The notes under the pieces: generated by a model
Database searches by the model: none
Seen by the model: the letters and a program-made list of their open reading frames with translations, nothing else
Told to the model about the DNA's origin: nothing
Shown here: piece after piece, positions 1-11,864 of the stretch
Layout: each line of letters opens with the position of its first letter
Numbering within the stretch: position 1 is the stretch's first letter
Position numbers and translations under genes: made by a program
From: Azolla caroliniana
Taxonomy: Eukaryota; Plantae; Polypodiophyta
Assembly: GCA_043228905.1 (NCBI GenBank)
Contig: JBHGNT010000006.1
Span: forward strand, 12,772,001 to 12,836,000
Direction: 5' to 3'
DNA: 64,000 bases

Positions 1-100
1 AATTAGCTATGCAAAAAGCTACCATTGATAAATAGTCATTTTTGCAAAAAGCTACCATTAATAAATTAGCTATGCAAAAAGCTACCATTGAAAATAGTAG
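1..100. repeat. Short tandem array (AATTAGCTATGCAAAAAGCTACCATTGATAA-like, about 3 units), truncated by the window edge
   Basis: Direct repeats visible; shares AATTAGCTA/GCTACCA words with the satellites at 2186-3360 and 8178-9420. Confidence 0.7.
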
Positions 101-292
101 AGAGTTTTAATTATATAAATGAGCACCATAAATGTGCAACATAAACGTGCAACATAAATTGATATGTGCACCATAATTTATATACCGAATTCCTAGGTCC
201 ATTATGCATGATCCTTTGCCACATCGCGTGGGTCATCTTTGGTTGAGTATTCTGGCTTAGATTACTACCACTGCTGCTAAACCCTATTGAGT

Positions 293-1230
293 CCACTCCT
301 CCATTGCCGCCATTCTACACTCAATTACCGACACTGAGTGGTCCAAGTATCATCTGCCACTGTTCAATCCGACGAAGTTCACTCCTCCATTGCCGCCATT
401 CTACACTCAGTTGTTGCCACTGTTCAATCCAAGCATCATCTGCCGAGTTCACTCCTCCATTGCCGCCACTGTACACTCAGTTGCCGCTACTGTGAAGGTC
501 GTATATTGCTGCCACTTTTCGATCCGACGGAGTTAACTCCTTCTCCACTGCTTCCATTCTACTTTAAGTTTACATCACTGTGCGTTCCAAGCATCATCTA
601 CCATTGTTCGATCTGACGGAGTTCACTCCTCCATTGCCATCATTCTACACTCAGTTGCCGCTACTATTCAGTGACCGATCCTGGATTGCTGCCACTTTTC
701 GATTTGATGGAGTTTAGATATCCATTGCCATCATTCTACACTTAATTGCCGCTACTATTTGGTTGTGTATTGCTACCACTTTTCGATCTGAGGGAGTTCA
801 CTCCTTCTCCACTATCGCCATTGTACTCTCAATTGTCATCACTGTGCGTTCCAAGCATCATCTGCCACTATTCGATTTGACTGAGTTCACTCATCCATTG
901 CCATCATTCTACACTTAGTTGCCACTACTGTTCGGTGGTGTATTGCTACCACTTTTCGATCAGAAGGAGTTCACTCCTTCTCCACTACTACCATTCTACT
1001 CTCAGTTGTCATCACTGTGCGTTCCAAGCACCATCTGCCACTGTTTGATCCGACGGAATTCACTCCTCCATTGCCATCATTCTACATTCAGTTGCCACCA
1101 TTGTTCGGTCCTGGATTGTCAAAATTGTTCGATCAAACGGAGTTCACTCCTCCACTACCGCCATTCTACACTCAGTTGCCCCCACTATTCGGCCCTAGAT
1201 TACCGCCATTGTTCGGTCTTGGATTTGAAT
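293..1230. repeat. Degenerate tandem repeat, about 55-60 bp units (CCGACGGAGTTCACTCCTCCATTGCCGCCATTCTACACTCAGTTGCCGCCACTGTTC)
   Basis: Many diverged direct copies; + frame reads TEFTPPLPPFYTQLPPLF but the frame shifts between units. Confidence 0.85.
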
Positions 1231-1412
1231 AACTATTCTGTCTATTGATTATCTTGTGTATTGTCTGTATAATCTTGTGTATTGCGGAATATTTTTGTGT
1301 ATAGTTGTTGCCCATAGCCATCTTTAATACGTGTCTTTTTTTCGGGAAAATTAGGGTTTAAACCCCTCAAGCCAAATGGAAGGGGAAGGAGGGTGTTTAG
1401 AATTACCCCTCA

Positions 1413-4400
1413 ATGATCATCAGGATAGGGATGACACTATCAGGACACAACAAGCGATACAAAAGTATTGGGCAGAAAAAGAAAAGAAAACATCGTCAAT
1501 TGTTGAAGGATACGAAAGCCACACTCACTAAAGGTAAAGATAGTATTGGTTGGGATATAGGTCTAAATATCACTGAGAATGGAAGTAATGAGACTACTAT
1601 CATAGAGAGAAAGGTTGTAGACTATTTCAATGTTCAAACCAAGCACATCAGCAATGAAGATAAGAAGGTAGTACTTTATGGAATATTAAATGATCCATCG
1701 ATAAAGGAGTTAGTTGATTGTGATGGTCTTAATGCAACCATAACATCTGTACTAGTAAATAATCTCCGTAATAGTTTCGTATCCATGAGTAGATCAGAAG
1801 ATGATCTTGTCTTAAAAAGGTCTAGTCTAATGATGTTACTTAATAGTGATGTTGACGATATTAACATCAGTGTGCTATCTAAGGTAATTGGTGATAGTAG
1901 AAAAAGTGTGTACAATACATTGAACCGAGTAGTTTCCTTGGGTGAAGGAACTAGTCTGCTAAAGCTAACAACAAGATGTAAGCCAATGACACCCATAACA
2001 TCAGAAATCAAGGATATAATCACAATATTTTGGACTAATGAGAGTAGGGTTTCACCCAATAAGAAGGATTTATGTAGGAAACGTGTTGGAAGGAGTCAAT
2101 ACGAGGAGCATCCCATTCATCTTCTTGATATACCTCAAGCATTTACATTTATCTCAACATTTGTTTTGACTTTTGAGCTTAGTTAGTTAGCTTATTAGCT
2201 ACCTCTGAATATGATCATAACCGAATAGCTAATTACCTACCTCTGAATATGCCCATAACTAACTAGCTACCAATAATAGCTAATTAGCTACCAAAATAGC
2301 TAATTAGCTCCCTAAGTATATCAAAATAGCTAATTAGCAGAGTATGGTAGTAGCTAATTAGCTACCAGTTACCTAATTAGCTATTGTACTAAACTATGGT
2401 AGTAACTAATTAGTTACCACTTCGCTAATTAACTACTGTACTGAACTATGGTAGTAGCTAATTAGCTATTGTATTAAACTATGCTAGTAGCTAATTAGCT
2501 ACCAGTTACCTAATTAGCTATTGTACTAAACTATGGTAGTAACTAATTAGTTACCACTTCGCTAATTAACTACTGTACTGAACTATGGTAGTAGCTAATT
2601 AGCTATTGTATTAAACTATGCTAGTAGCTAATTAGCTACCACTTAGCTAACTAGCTATTGTACTAAACTATTTAGCTACCATTTAGCTAATGTATTAAAC
2701 TATGGTAGTAGCCAATTAGCTACCACTTAGGTAATTAGCTACTGTACTAAACTATGGTAGTAGCTAATTAGCTACTCAACTAAAGTATGGTAGTAGCTAA
2801 TTAGCTACCACTTAGCTAATGTATTAAACTATGGTAGTAGCTAATTAGCTACTCAACTAAACTTTGGTAATAACTAATTAGCTACCACTTAGCTAATTAG
2901 CTACTGTACTAAACTATGGTAGTAGCTAATTAGCTACCACTTAGCTAATTAGCCACTGTACTAAACTATGGTGGTAGCTAATTAGCTACTCAACTAAAGT
3001 ATGGTAGTGGCTAATTAACAACTCAACTAAAGTATGGTAGTAGCTAATTAGCTATCACTTAGCTAATGTATTAAACTATGGTAGTAGCTAATTAGCTACC
3101 ACGTAGCTAATTAGCCACTGTACTAAACTATGGTGGTAGCTAATTAGCTACTCAACTAAAGTATGGTAGTGGCTAATTAACAACTCAACTAAAGTATGGT
3201 AGTAGCTAATTAGCTATCACTTAGCTAATGTATTAAACTATGGTAGTAGCTAATTAGCTATCACTTAGCTAATGTATTAAACTATGGTAGTAGCTAATTA
3301 GCTACTCAACTAAAGTTTGATAGTAGCTAATTAGCTACCACTTAGCCATAGAGCTAATCAGTATGTCCATTTTATTACACATGTGGATTTATTTATTAGG
3401 TTTAGGCGAATGCATCCAAATATCAAAGTTCAACTACGAACATTCGAGTCTCTTAAGCCACACTTTGTGAGACGCTTGAAGGATCGATACACATGTTGTT
3501 GCATTTACCATGTACAAATGGGTTTTCTCAAGGACTCTGTTAATCTACTACGTCACCATAGCGCCTCCCTAACAAATCCAGTTTGCACTTGTGTGTGTCC
3601 AATTTGTCGATCGAGCCCGCATGAGCACTGTAAATCATCTGAGCATGTTATCTCTTCCATGAGTTGTCTTTTAGATTCAGTATTGTGTTCGACAGAAACT
3701 GAGGCCATCTTCCACAGTCATAAATGTGTCATGGGTTTATGTCAAGATTGTGGCCCTAGTAGATTTAGGTGGTGTCCAAATGAATTGAGTAGTGAAATAC
3801 TAATCTCTGTCAAGTTATTTGAGTCAGTTGACACCAATTTTGAAGGAAAGGTGTGTAAAAGAAAGGATCTAGTTAGGAAGTCACTTAAACCAAGGGATTT
3901 GGCGTCTCTATTTATAGTATCTCTAGGAAAGTTCATTAAACACAACTTCATTTATTCATGGCAAGCCCATCCGTTTAAGACTAGCATATCTGATTTTCCA
4001 AATGATGTAGTAGTCTCAGTAGTAGATTTCGCAGAGAATTATACTTTCAAGCAACAGAATGAAATTCAATCTATGCATTGGTGTTCAGCGCAGGTAACCA
4101 TTTTTGTGCACATAACATATTTTCGAGTTTCAGGTGATGTTAAAAAAGTAATTCATTTTTTTATTTCTGATGATAAGAAGCATGACACCTTGTTCGTCCA
4201 ACATTGTTTTAACTTACATTGGCAATGGTTATTAGCTAAATGTTTGGAGCTTACTCAACATTGGGTCTGGTTTGATGGAGCTGCGTCACAATTCAAGGCT
4301 AGACATCCATTTTATTTTGTGGGGGGTATCTTGTTATAACAGGTTTGGAGATGAGGTGGAATTTTTTTGGGTCTGGCCATGGTAAAGGTGAACATGATGG

Positions 4401-5222
4401 TGCAGGTGCTGTTATAAAGCGGGCACTTACCCATGAACAACTAAAGGCAGATGGTGTGCAGATGAATTGTGCAACACATGTAGTTGAATTTTTAAGAGCT
4501 AATATGTCAACGAGTGCAACTGGTGTTTATTCCTCGCAGGTCCAACATATCAAACGTGAATTTTGGGAAGTGAAGATAGATGAAGTAAATAAGGAGAAGA
4601 CTTGGGAGTGCCAAGGAATTCCCGAATTGCGATCTCTCCATGTTGTTCGCGGTTATTCTAGGTTGGATGGTCATTGTATTGCGGTTAGAGAATTAACTTG
4701 TTTTTGCTTCCATTGTGTGCAGGGAAATTGGAGGTATTGTTTAAACAAAGCATATATTTAGAATTGGAGTATCATACATTGAACGATAAGGAAGCAGTTG
4801 ATGGGGAAACAGAAAAGAATGCTGACTTCACATATCAAGGACGTGGAGATAATCTGAGTGATGTCTTAAATGTTGGGGATAATTTTGCTGTAAATGCAAA
4901 AGAAGGCAATTCAGAGGGTGTTGATTTCTATATATTGAAGTGCATGGTTAGTAAACAGTGTGCAATGCAGAATATATTAGATGCTTGGGGAAATGTTGTA
5001 TCTACCGGGACATTCTACATTGAAGGTATTTTTTATGCAAGACTAGATGATTACGATTATGTGTATAGGCTATTAGAAGACAAACCAGTGGCGTACATGT
5101 ACTCTCATTTGGTCAGGTGCATCAATGGGCCAATGTCACAATACAATAGCTGCTCAGGTTTATACACAATTAGTGCTAATGTGTATGAAAGTATTTACAA
5201 TAGTATGCCATGGAAGTTGTAG
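1413..5222 (+). pseudogene. Sola2-like DDD (RNase H-fold) transposase; exon ~1413-2138, satellite-filled interruption, exon ~3383-5222 with two frameshifts (~4325, ~4760)
   Basis: Motifs RYTCCCIYH, Cys-rich CTCVCPIC..KCVMGLCQDC, DFAENY..QQNEIQSMHW (D 4025), ISDDKKHD, WFDGAASQFK (D 4274), WNFFGSGHGKGEHDGAGAVIKR (D 4396), C-terminal CFCFHC. Sola2 assignment is from remembered motifs; splice sites are non-canonical as they stand. Confidence 0.8.
2186..3360. repeat. Satellite array built on palindrome TAGCTAATTAGCTA (unit ~ CTATGGTAG-TAGCTAATTAGCTA-CCACT-TAGCTAATTAGCTA-CTGTACTAAA)
   Basis: Dozens of copies directly visible between the two transposase coding blocks. Confidence 0.95.
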
Positions 5223-5580
5223 CTACAAGTAACAATTACCAGTTTTCTTATCAAACAAACAAAGCACATGTATTGCAAATAAACAGTTTAATGGACCTGT
5301 TTGGGAGTTTTTTTTTTCATATATAGTCTACTTTTTGTGCTTCTTCTATCAGTCTTCTATCTAATATATAGTTTAATAATATCGTTTAGGGTTCTTCTTT
5401 CTAAGGTATAGATTTACTCAAGTGAACCATGTACAAGTTAAAATAGTTTGCATAATTTTAAGAAAAAGCATTATCATGAAATCAACAATCCTGAACATAC
5501 TCTTAAAATTACACAGTAGATAGGTTACTCAAAACAAGCAATTTAATTCTTCATTGATTAAGTGGTAGCAAATTACATAT

Positions 5581-6960
5581 TTATAACATCCCATTGCCAA
5601 TGTCTTGAAATCGTCTATAAACAACTAAGTTCTTGCTGGTCAGTGGAACTTCTCTACATATATGATCTACATACTGAGCATAGTATGGTGTCCACAACCA
5701 TGCAATTAGTTGGTAGCTCAATGTTTTCACCAAGTAGTTATTAGGCATTTCGTCGGGTACAATGAGACAGCTTCTGCAAAGGTTGTAGTAATGCCGAAAA
5801 TGTTTTGTATCCACAATCAACGTATTGTCGGCATTATATTCGGGCAAGGTATGCCAAAAATCAGAAAGTCTTTTGAATCTTGTTATATCTTGCTGCTCAC
5901 ATCCTTCTCATGTCCACTGAACCTTGAAATGTTGTCGCTACTTCGGGAAGAATCTTTCTACACACTTCCACACATTTGTACGTGGTTTTTCACTCCAAAT
6001 AAACAAATCAAAATATTGCACTGCCCACTCCAGAAATTGATTTGCATCCCTCCTGTTAGGAAACAGGTCCCTCCGGATGGGAAGTGAGAAGAACAGTGCT
6101 GATGAGAAACTTGGCCAAGGCCAATAGGCCGAGGCCGAAACCGGATGAGGAGCACCCGGCTACGGAAGACCTGGTGAGAACCGGATGAGGAGCACCCGGC
6201 TACGGAAGACCCGGTGAGAACCCGGATGAGGAGTGCCCGGCTACGGAAGACCCGGTGAGAACCAGATGAGGAGTGCCCGGCTACGGAAGACCCGGTGAGA
6301 ACCGGATGAGGAGTGCCCAGCAAGAGAAGACCCGGTGAGAACCGGATGAGGAGTGCCCGGCTACGGAAGACCTGGTGAGAACTGGATGAGGAGTACCCGG
6401 CAAGAGCCGGATGATGCAGGCCCGGTGAGGAGTGCTCACCGGATGAAGGGACATATTCGTAAATATGTTTCTGAGAGTCCATCTGGGCTATATTTGTAAA
6501 TAGTTGAAAAGTCATATTAGTATAAATATGACTTAGGGCAAACTTTTAGTTATAGCAGTTGTCATTCTTGTTGGCGCAAGATTAGAGTGCGTAACGGTGT
6601 ACAGAGAGAGAGAGAGGAAGAGGTCGTTGCCTCTATTGTAACCGCCGCCTATGGCGAAGATAGCAAGCTCGAGGTCGTTGCCTCGGTGCTTTACTATTGT
6701 ACATTCTGATATAGTGATAGTTTGCAATCTGTGGGCTACCGTGGTTTTTTCCCTAGTTTGGGTTTTCCACGATAACATCTTGTGTTCTCTTTTCTTCACT
6801 GTGTCGTGCATTTATTACCCATTTTCTGTGTTTGATTCTAAGCTCGGTTGTGGCTGAGCGTTGTTCATCGGGAGCGTGTATTCCTGTCACCTCCTTGGTG
6901 TCATATATCGCACACTCATCAAGATTTTATCAAGCTCCAAGATCAAGGCTCTTCTTTCGA
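5581..6960 (-). CDS. FCP1/NIF (HAD family) phosphatase-like domain split by a solo LTR
   Basis: Joined across TSD CCTCC: RALILELDKILMSVRYMTPRRDANQFLEWAVQYFDLFIWSEKPRTNVWKCVERFFPK*RQHFKVQWT*EGCEQQDITRFKRLSDFWHTLPEYNADNTLIVDTKHFRHYYN. Matches the FCP1-homology pattern LxLDLDxxL..RP..FL..F..WS..W..C..KDL..W..NTLLxDD. Confidence 0.75.
6054..6889. mobile_element. Solo LTR (836 bp) with internal ~39-bp minisatellite (6141-6420)
   Basis: TGTTAGGAA...TTCCTGTCA ends; 5-bp TSD CCTCC at 6049-6053 and 6890-6894; TATAAATA at ~6521. Confidence 0.9.
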
Positions 6961-8177
6961 CTTCTAATGGTTTAGGTTTCCATTCCTGTAACTGAACCTC
7001 TGTTACACCAATTACTGGTAGCACACGATCAAGGTCAATCAACTCAGGTTCTGTCGGCACAATTGGTGTCCTTTTCCTCGTCAAACCCTCGGACGACTGT
7101 GTTGGGCCTGACTTCACATTCTGGTGCTCTTGTGTTGTCGACTTAACCATTCGCTCAGTGCATGTAGATACTGATCTGGTCGATATCAGCCCATTGGTAT
7201 CACATGTTGCATCTACCTGCAAAATCAGATCATTTGTGCAACATGCTTGATCAACTTGCATGACCAGATAATTTGTGTTAGTTGGTACATCTACTTTCAA
7301 GATGTGGCCCTCTAAACACGTAGCAACATCAACAGTTTCCACACTGCCATCGGCCTTAGGAGCAATAGATTCAAACCCTTTAGACTTTGCAACATCAGAA
7401 AACACCAACGTATTCACACTCACAAAGTAACTAACAGTATCAAAAAACAACATAATGAACATGAAATATTTTCCATCATAGAAACATGAACATAATTATC
7501 TTGGAGAAACATCATAGAGTTCCATTACATAATGTGGATCAAGCAACAACCAATCTGAGGTTTTACTTGTCCAAATAGATCATAGTAAAACATCATAAAA
7601 CCCTAGGAGAATCGCTAACAAACATATCCCACTAATAAGTATTTCACTCCAATTCAAGAGCCCCTTGATCGAGTAACTGGTCTTGTCCCCAATCGTGGCC
7701 CCTTCTTCACCCTTTTTCAAGCCGGTTGCCCATTTAGCCTTGCTTCTTTGACCCATTGCGCAAGTGTGTCCTCCTCCGACAACCTTTCCATCACCTCAGC
7801 AGCAACATGCAGGTCAACCACGTCTTGCACTATCTTTTCCAGTACAGTGGGATTTGTTTGGACATTATCAGTAGTTGGGCTCAGTGGGGTGGAATCAAGG
7901 TTTTGGGATTCGAAGAAATGTTGCATCAAGTGTTCAAAAACACTATTGTTGTGAACCTCAGATTTACATGTTTCCAATATTTCATGGCTTTTGACATCGT
8001 TGCCTAATTCATTACCATCTTCCAAAAGAATAGGGTGGAGCTGATATGAAGGAGATGTGATAGCAGGACTCTTACTTTCAGCCACGTTGGCAACTATCTC
8101 CTCATCGGTTACAACGTCATCAACACCAGACAAGTCATGCGCCCTCCTTAATCCACAAGATTCTACAACAACATGGT

Positions 8178-9420
8178 CGTTAATTAGCTACATCTTAGCT
8201 AACTAGCTATTCTTCAAGACTATGACAGTAGCTAATTAGCTACCATAGAGCTAATTAGCTACTTCCCTGAGGTATGGTACTAGCGAATTAGCTATTCAAC
8301 TAAAGTATGGTACTAGCTTGTTAGCCACTATAACTAAAGTATGGTAGTAGCTAATTAGCTACCACTTTGCTGATTAGCTACTCAGCTAAAGTATGGTAGT
8401 CACTAATTAGTTACCACTTACCTAATTAGCTACTATACTAAACTATGGTAGTACCTAATTCGCTACCACTTAGCTAATTAGCTATTGAACTAAAGTATGG
8501 TACTAGCTAGTTAGCCACTATAACTAAAGTATGGTAGTAGCTAATTAGCTACCACTTTGTTAATTAGCTAATGTACTAAACTATGGTAGTCACTAATTAG
8601 CTACCTCTCAGCTAATTAGCTATTGTACTAAACTATGATAGTCGCTAATTAGCTACCACTAAGCTAATTAGCTACTGTACTAAACTATGGTAATAGCTAA
8701 TTAGCTACCGTACTAAACTATGGTAGTAGCTAATTAGCTACCACTCAGCTAATTAGCTACCACTCAGCTAATTAGCTACTATACTAAACTATGGTAGTAG
8801 CTAATTAGCTATCACTTACATAATTAGCTATTGTACTAAACTATGGTAGTAGCTAATTATCTACCACTTAGCTAATTAGCTACTGTACAAAACTATGCTA
8901 GTAGCTAATTAGCTACCATTTAGCTAATTAGCTATTGTATTAAACTATGGTAGTAGCTAATTAGCTAAGTGGTAGCTAATTAGCTACTGCACTAAACTAT
9001 GGTAGTAGCTAATTAGCTACCACTTAGCTAATTAGCTACTATACTAAACTATGGTTGTAGCTAATTAGTTACCACTTAGCTAATTAGCTACTGTACTAAA
9101 CTATGCTAGTAGCTAATTAGCTACCACCTAGCTAATTAGCTACTGTACTAAACTATGGTAGTAGCTAATTAGCTACTCAACTGAAGTATGGTAGTAGCTA
9201 ATTAGCTACTATAGTAAACTATGATAGTAGCTAATTAGCTAAGTGGTAGCTTATTAGCTACTTAGCTAAAGTATGGTAGTAGCTAATTAGCTACCACTTA
9301 GCTAATTAACTACATGTTAGGTAATTAGCTACAATAGTACAACCATAATAGCTAAATAGTTTCTAGACTTTATAAAACTTAACTAATTAGCAAAGATGGA
9401 ACTAATTAGCTACACTATGG
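8178..9420. repeat. Second TAGCTAATTAGCTA satellite array filling the GT-AG intron 9439-8163 of the - strand gene
   Basis: Same unit and same + strand orientation as 2186-3360; the flanking phase-1 splice joins HK-E-SCGLRRAHDLSGVDD in frame. Confidence 0.95.
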
Positions 9421-9439
9421 TCACAAGCAACAATTTTAC

Positions 9440-9672
9440 CTTTGTGTTTTCTCCACTTATCTGGGAGAGTTGTACTACAATCCCCCAAACAGAATGCAGC
9501 AATGCGACAGGCATATTGAAAACAAATAATATGGTATGTGTGTTGGCATGGTTGTAGGTGAACCAACGGAGTAGCAGATTGGTCCTCTACACGTAATCCA
9601 CAAGCGATGCAACGTGCTTGAATAGTCAATATATCGTTTCTTGGTTCTCCTTCATTTGGTGAGGGAGCAAGA
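9440..9672 (-). CDS. RING-H2-like zinc finger exon segment
   Basis: CIAC-x17-CQH-x2-H-x2-C-x9-CLGDC; followed by GT donor at 9439. Confidence 0.7.
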
Positions 9673-9677
9673 ATGTT

Positions 9678-11864
9678 TGTTATTGGTTAACTGTTATCGC
9701 TAGGGTTGGAGAATGGCCTAACACAGGGTGTCGCTTTGAGACACTTCACCAAAGGGGTGTTGCGGTGAGATAGAGTTAGACCGACTATTAATGGAACCTT
9801 AATGGGTTACTAGCGGCAATATCATTAGTCACAATACACGCGTAGGATAAATTACACTGAGCACAGAATGGCAATTAACAATGATTAAGATATAGAACAA
9901 CAACACTCTATTAATTATCCGCTAATGATTACAATCTAACCGGCCCTTTTTATAGGTCTCCGGTTTTAGGTACAAACCAGTGCCAACCGACAACCGGCTA
10001 CAAACCGGTCCGGATCCGGATCGGAATACCAATTTCGTGTCCGTCCGTTCGCTTCTCAAATCATAATAATTCTTTATAAATATATAGTCAGCTCCCGGTT
10101 ATTAATTATCCCCTCGTTTCCCATTCTGGACTTCCCTTGCCGTCCGGCTAACACATGGCATACCCGTGGGACAATACCTTGTACATCAAATCCCACTATC
10201 CAGCCTTCATTCATCCTCCAAAATGTCCAGAATACTTTGATCTAAGGGTTCCAATGGTACCTCGGGAAGTGGTTTTTTCGTCTGTTGCTGCTGTTCCCCC
10301 TCCTGTCGTTCCTACGGTTGTGGCTACTCTTCTTTCCGCTCCGGCACCAGTTGTGGCTGCTGCTGGTTTCCTTCTGTTGCATGCGGCTACATTGGTCTGA
10401 TTAGCTCTGTCTCCATTTCTGGCTCGATAGATCTTACTGGCTCTTCCTCCTTTTCCGGCTCAACCGGCCTTGGTGTTTCCTGGTTCTGCTGTCCGGCGTT
10501 CCCCGGTTCCTGCAGATGACCTTCCTCTAGCGGCTCCTCATGAGTACTATCTGGCTGGCTTCCCCCGGCTTCAACTGGCATTTGCTCTGAAGATGACTCC
10601 TCGTCACTTATGCTAATCGCCGTAGTTTTCTTGGCCACTTCTTGCCGTCGCCGTTCCCGTTCATACTTCTCGAAACGGAGTTGGTTGTCCAACTGGTCAT
10701 CATCCAGCTGTACCACCAATTGGCGAATTTACACCCTCTGCTCATCAACCAAGGATACGAAATCATCCTCCAGTTCCTCTTGTATCGCTTCAATGCTTTC
10801 TTTATCCAAGATGTAAACTATGTCGCCCTCTTTCCGCCGGTTTTCCGCATCTGCCTAGAGCAACTGTAGCTCTACTGCCTGCTTAGCCCACTTTGACCAC
10901 CACTGTACTGAGATCTCTTCCACCAATTGCTTTGTTCGATTCCTCCATGCCAGTACGATGTCCCGGATCCGCCCCAGCCCCATCTTCGACTTGTTTTCCG
11001 CAACCTGTTTTTCGTCCTTCAATTGTTAGATCAGGCTTGCGGTTGCCACTTCTTGGCTTCTATAGTGCATGAGTTGGGTTTGATATGTCGTCCGAACTCT
11101 GTTCAAAGCCATTGAAGCGCGCTCCGTTTCCGCATGTGTTGCACTTGTAGGTCCAATCACTCTTTCACTACTACCGGCAGTTGTTCCGCTTGTTCGGCTC
11201 CCTTCAACTGCTCTTCCATCACTGCCGCCGTCAACCAGTTAACTTCCTCCCGAAGTTCTCTGCACTTTTCTTGCTGCCGATCACTTTTTTCAATTCTCGT
11301 TCCCGGGCATGTAAGGCTTCTTGTGTTGTCAGGTCTTCCCTTAGTGTGGCGAGCTCCTGTGCGGACGATTCATGAGTATCCCATCATGGTCGCCAAAAAC
11401 TGTGTTCTCGCTAGGGCTGAACAATGGCCTAACACAGGGTGTCCCTTTGAGACACTTCACCAAAGGGGTGTTGCAGTGAGATAGAGTTAGACCAACTATT
11501 AATGGAACCTTAATGGGTTACTAGCGGCAATATCATTAGTCACAATACACGCGTAGGATAGATTACACTTAGCACAGAACGGTAATTAACAATGATTAAT
11601 ATACAGAACAACAACACTCTATTAATTATCCGCTAATGATTACAATCTAACCGGTCCTTTTTATAAGTCTCCGGTTTTAGGTACAAACCGGTGCCAACTA
11701 GCAACCGGCTACGAACCGGTCCGGATCCGGATCGGCATATCGATTCCGTGTCCGTCCGTTCGCTTCTCAAATCATAATAAATCTTTATAAATATATAGTC
11801 AGCTCCTGGTTATTAATTATCCCCTCGTTTCCCATTCTGAACTTCCCTTGCCGGCCGACTAACA
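9678..11864 (-). mobile_element. Small non-autonomous LTR element; LTRs 11403-11864 and 9692-10153 (462 bp each); internal degenerate coiled-coil ORF, no gag/pol motifs
   Basis: Direct repeats, TSD ATGTT (9673-9677 / 11865-11869), PBS-like TGGCGACCATGATGGGA at 11395-11379, TATA box on the - strand of the LTR. Confidence 0.9.

Noticed and set aside
304-1248. Extensin-like proline-rich protein gene
   Set aside because: Frames shift between repeat units, and no start or signal peptide is evident; kept as a repeat
2186-3360. CRISPR-like array of palindromic repeats
   Set aside because: Spacers are short and themselves repeated, there are no cas genes, and the context is eukaryotic and intronic
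5958-6515. 185-aa ORF
   Set aside because: Translation of the solo-LTR 39-bp repeat running out of frame into the FCP1-like exon
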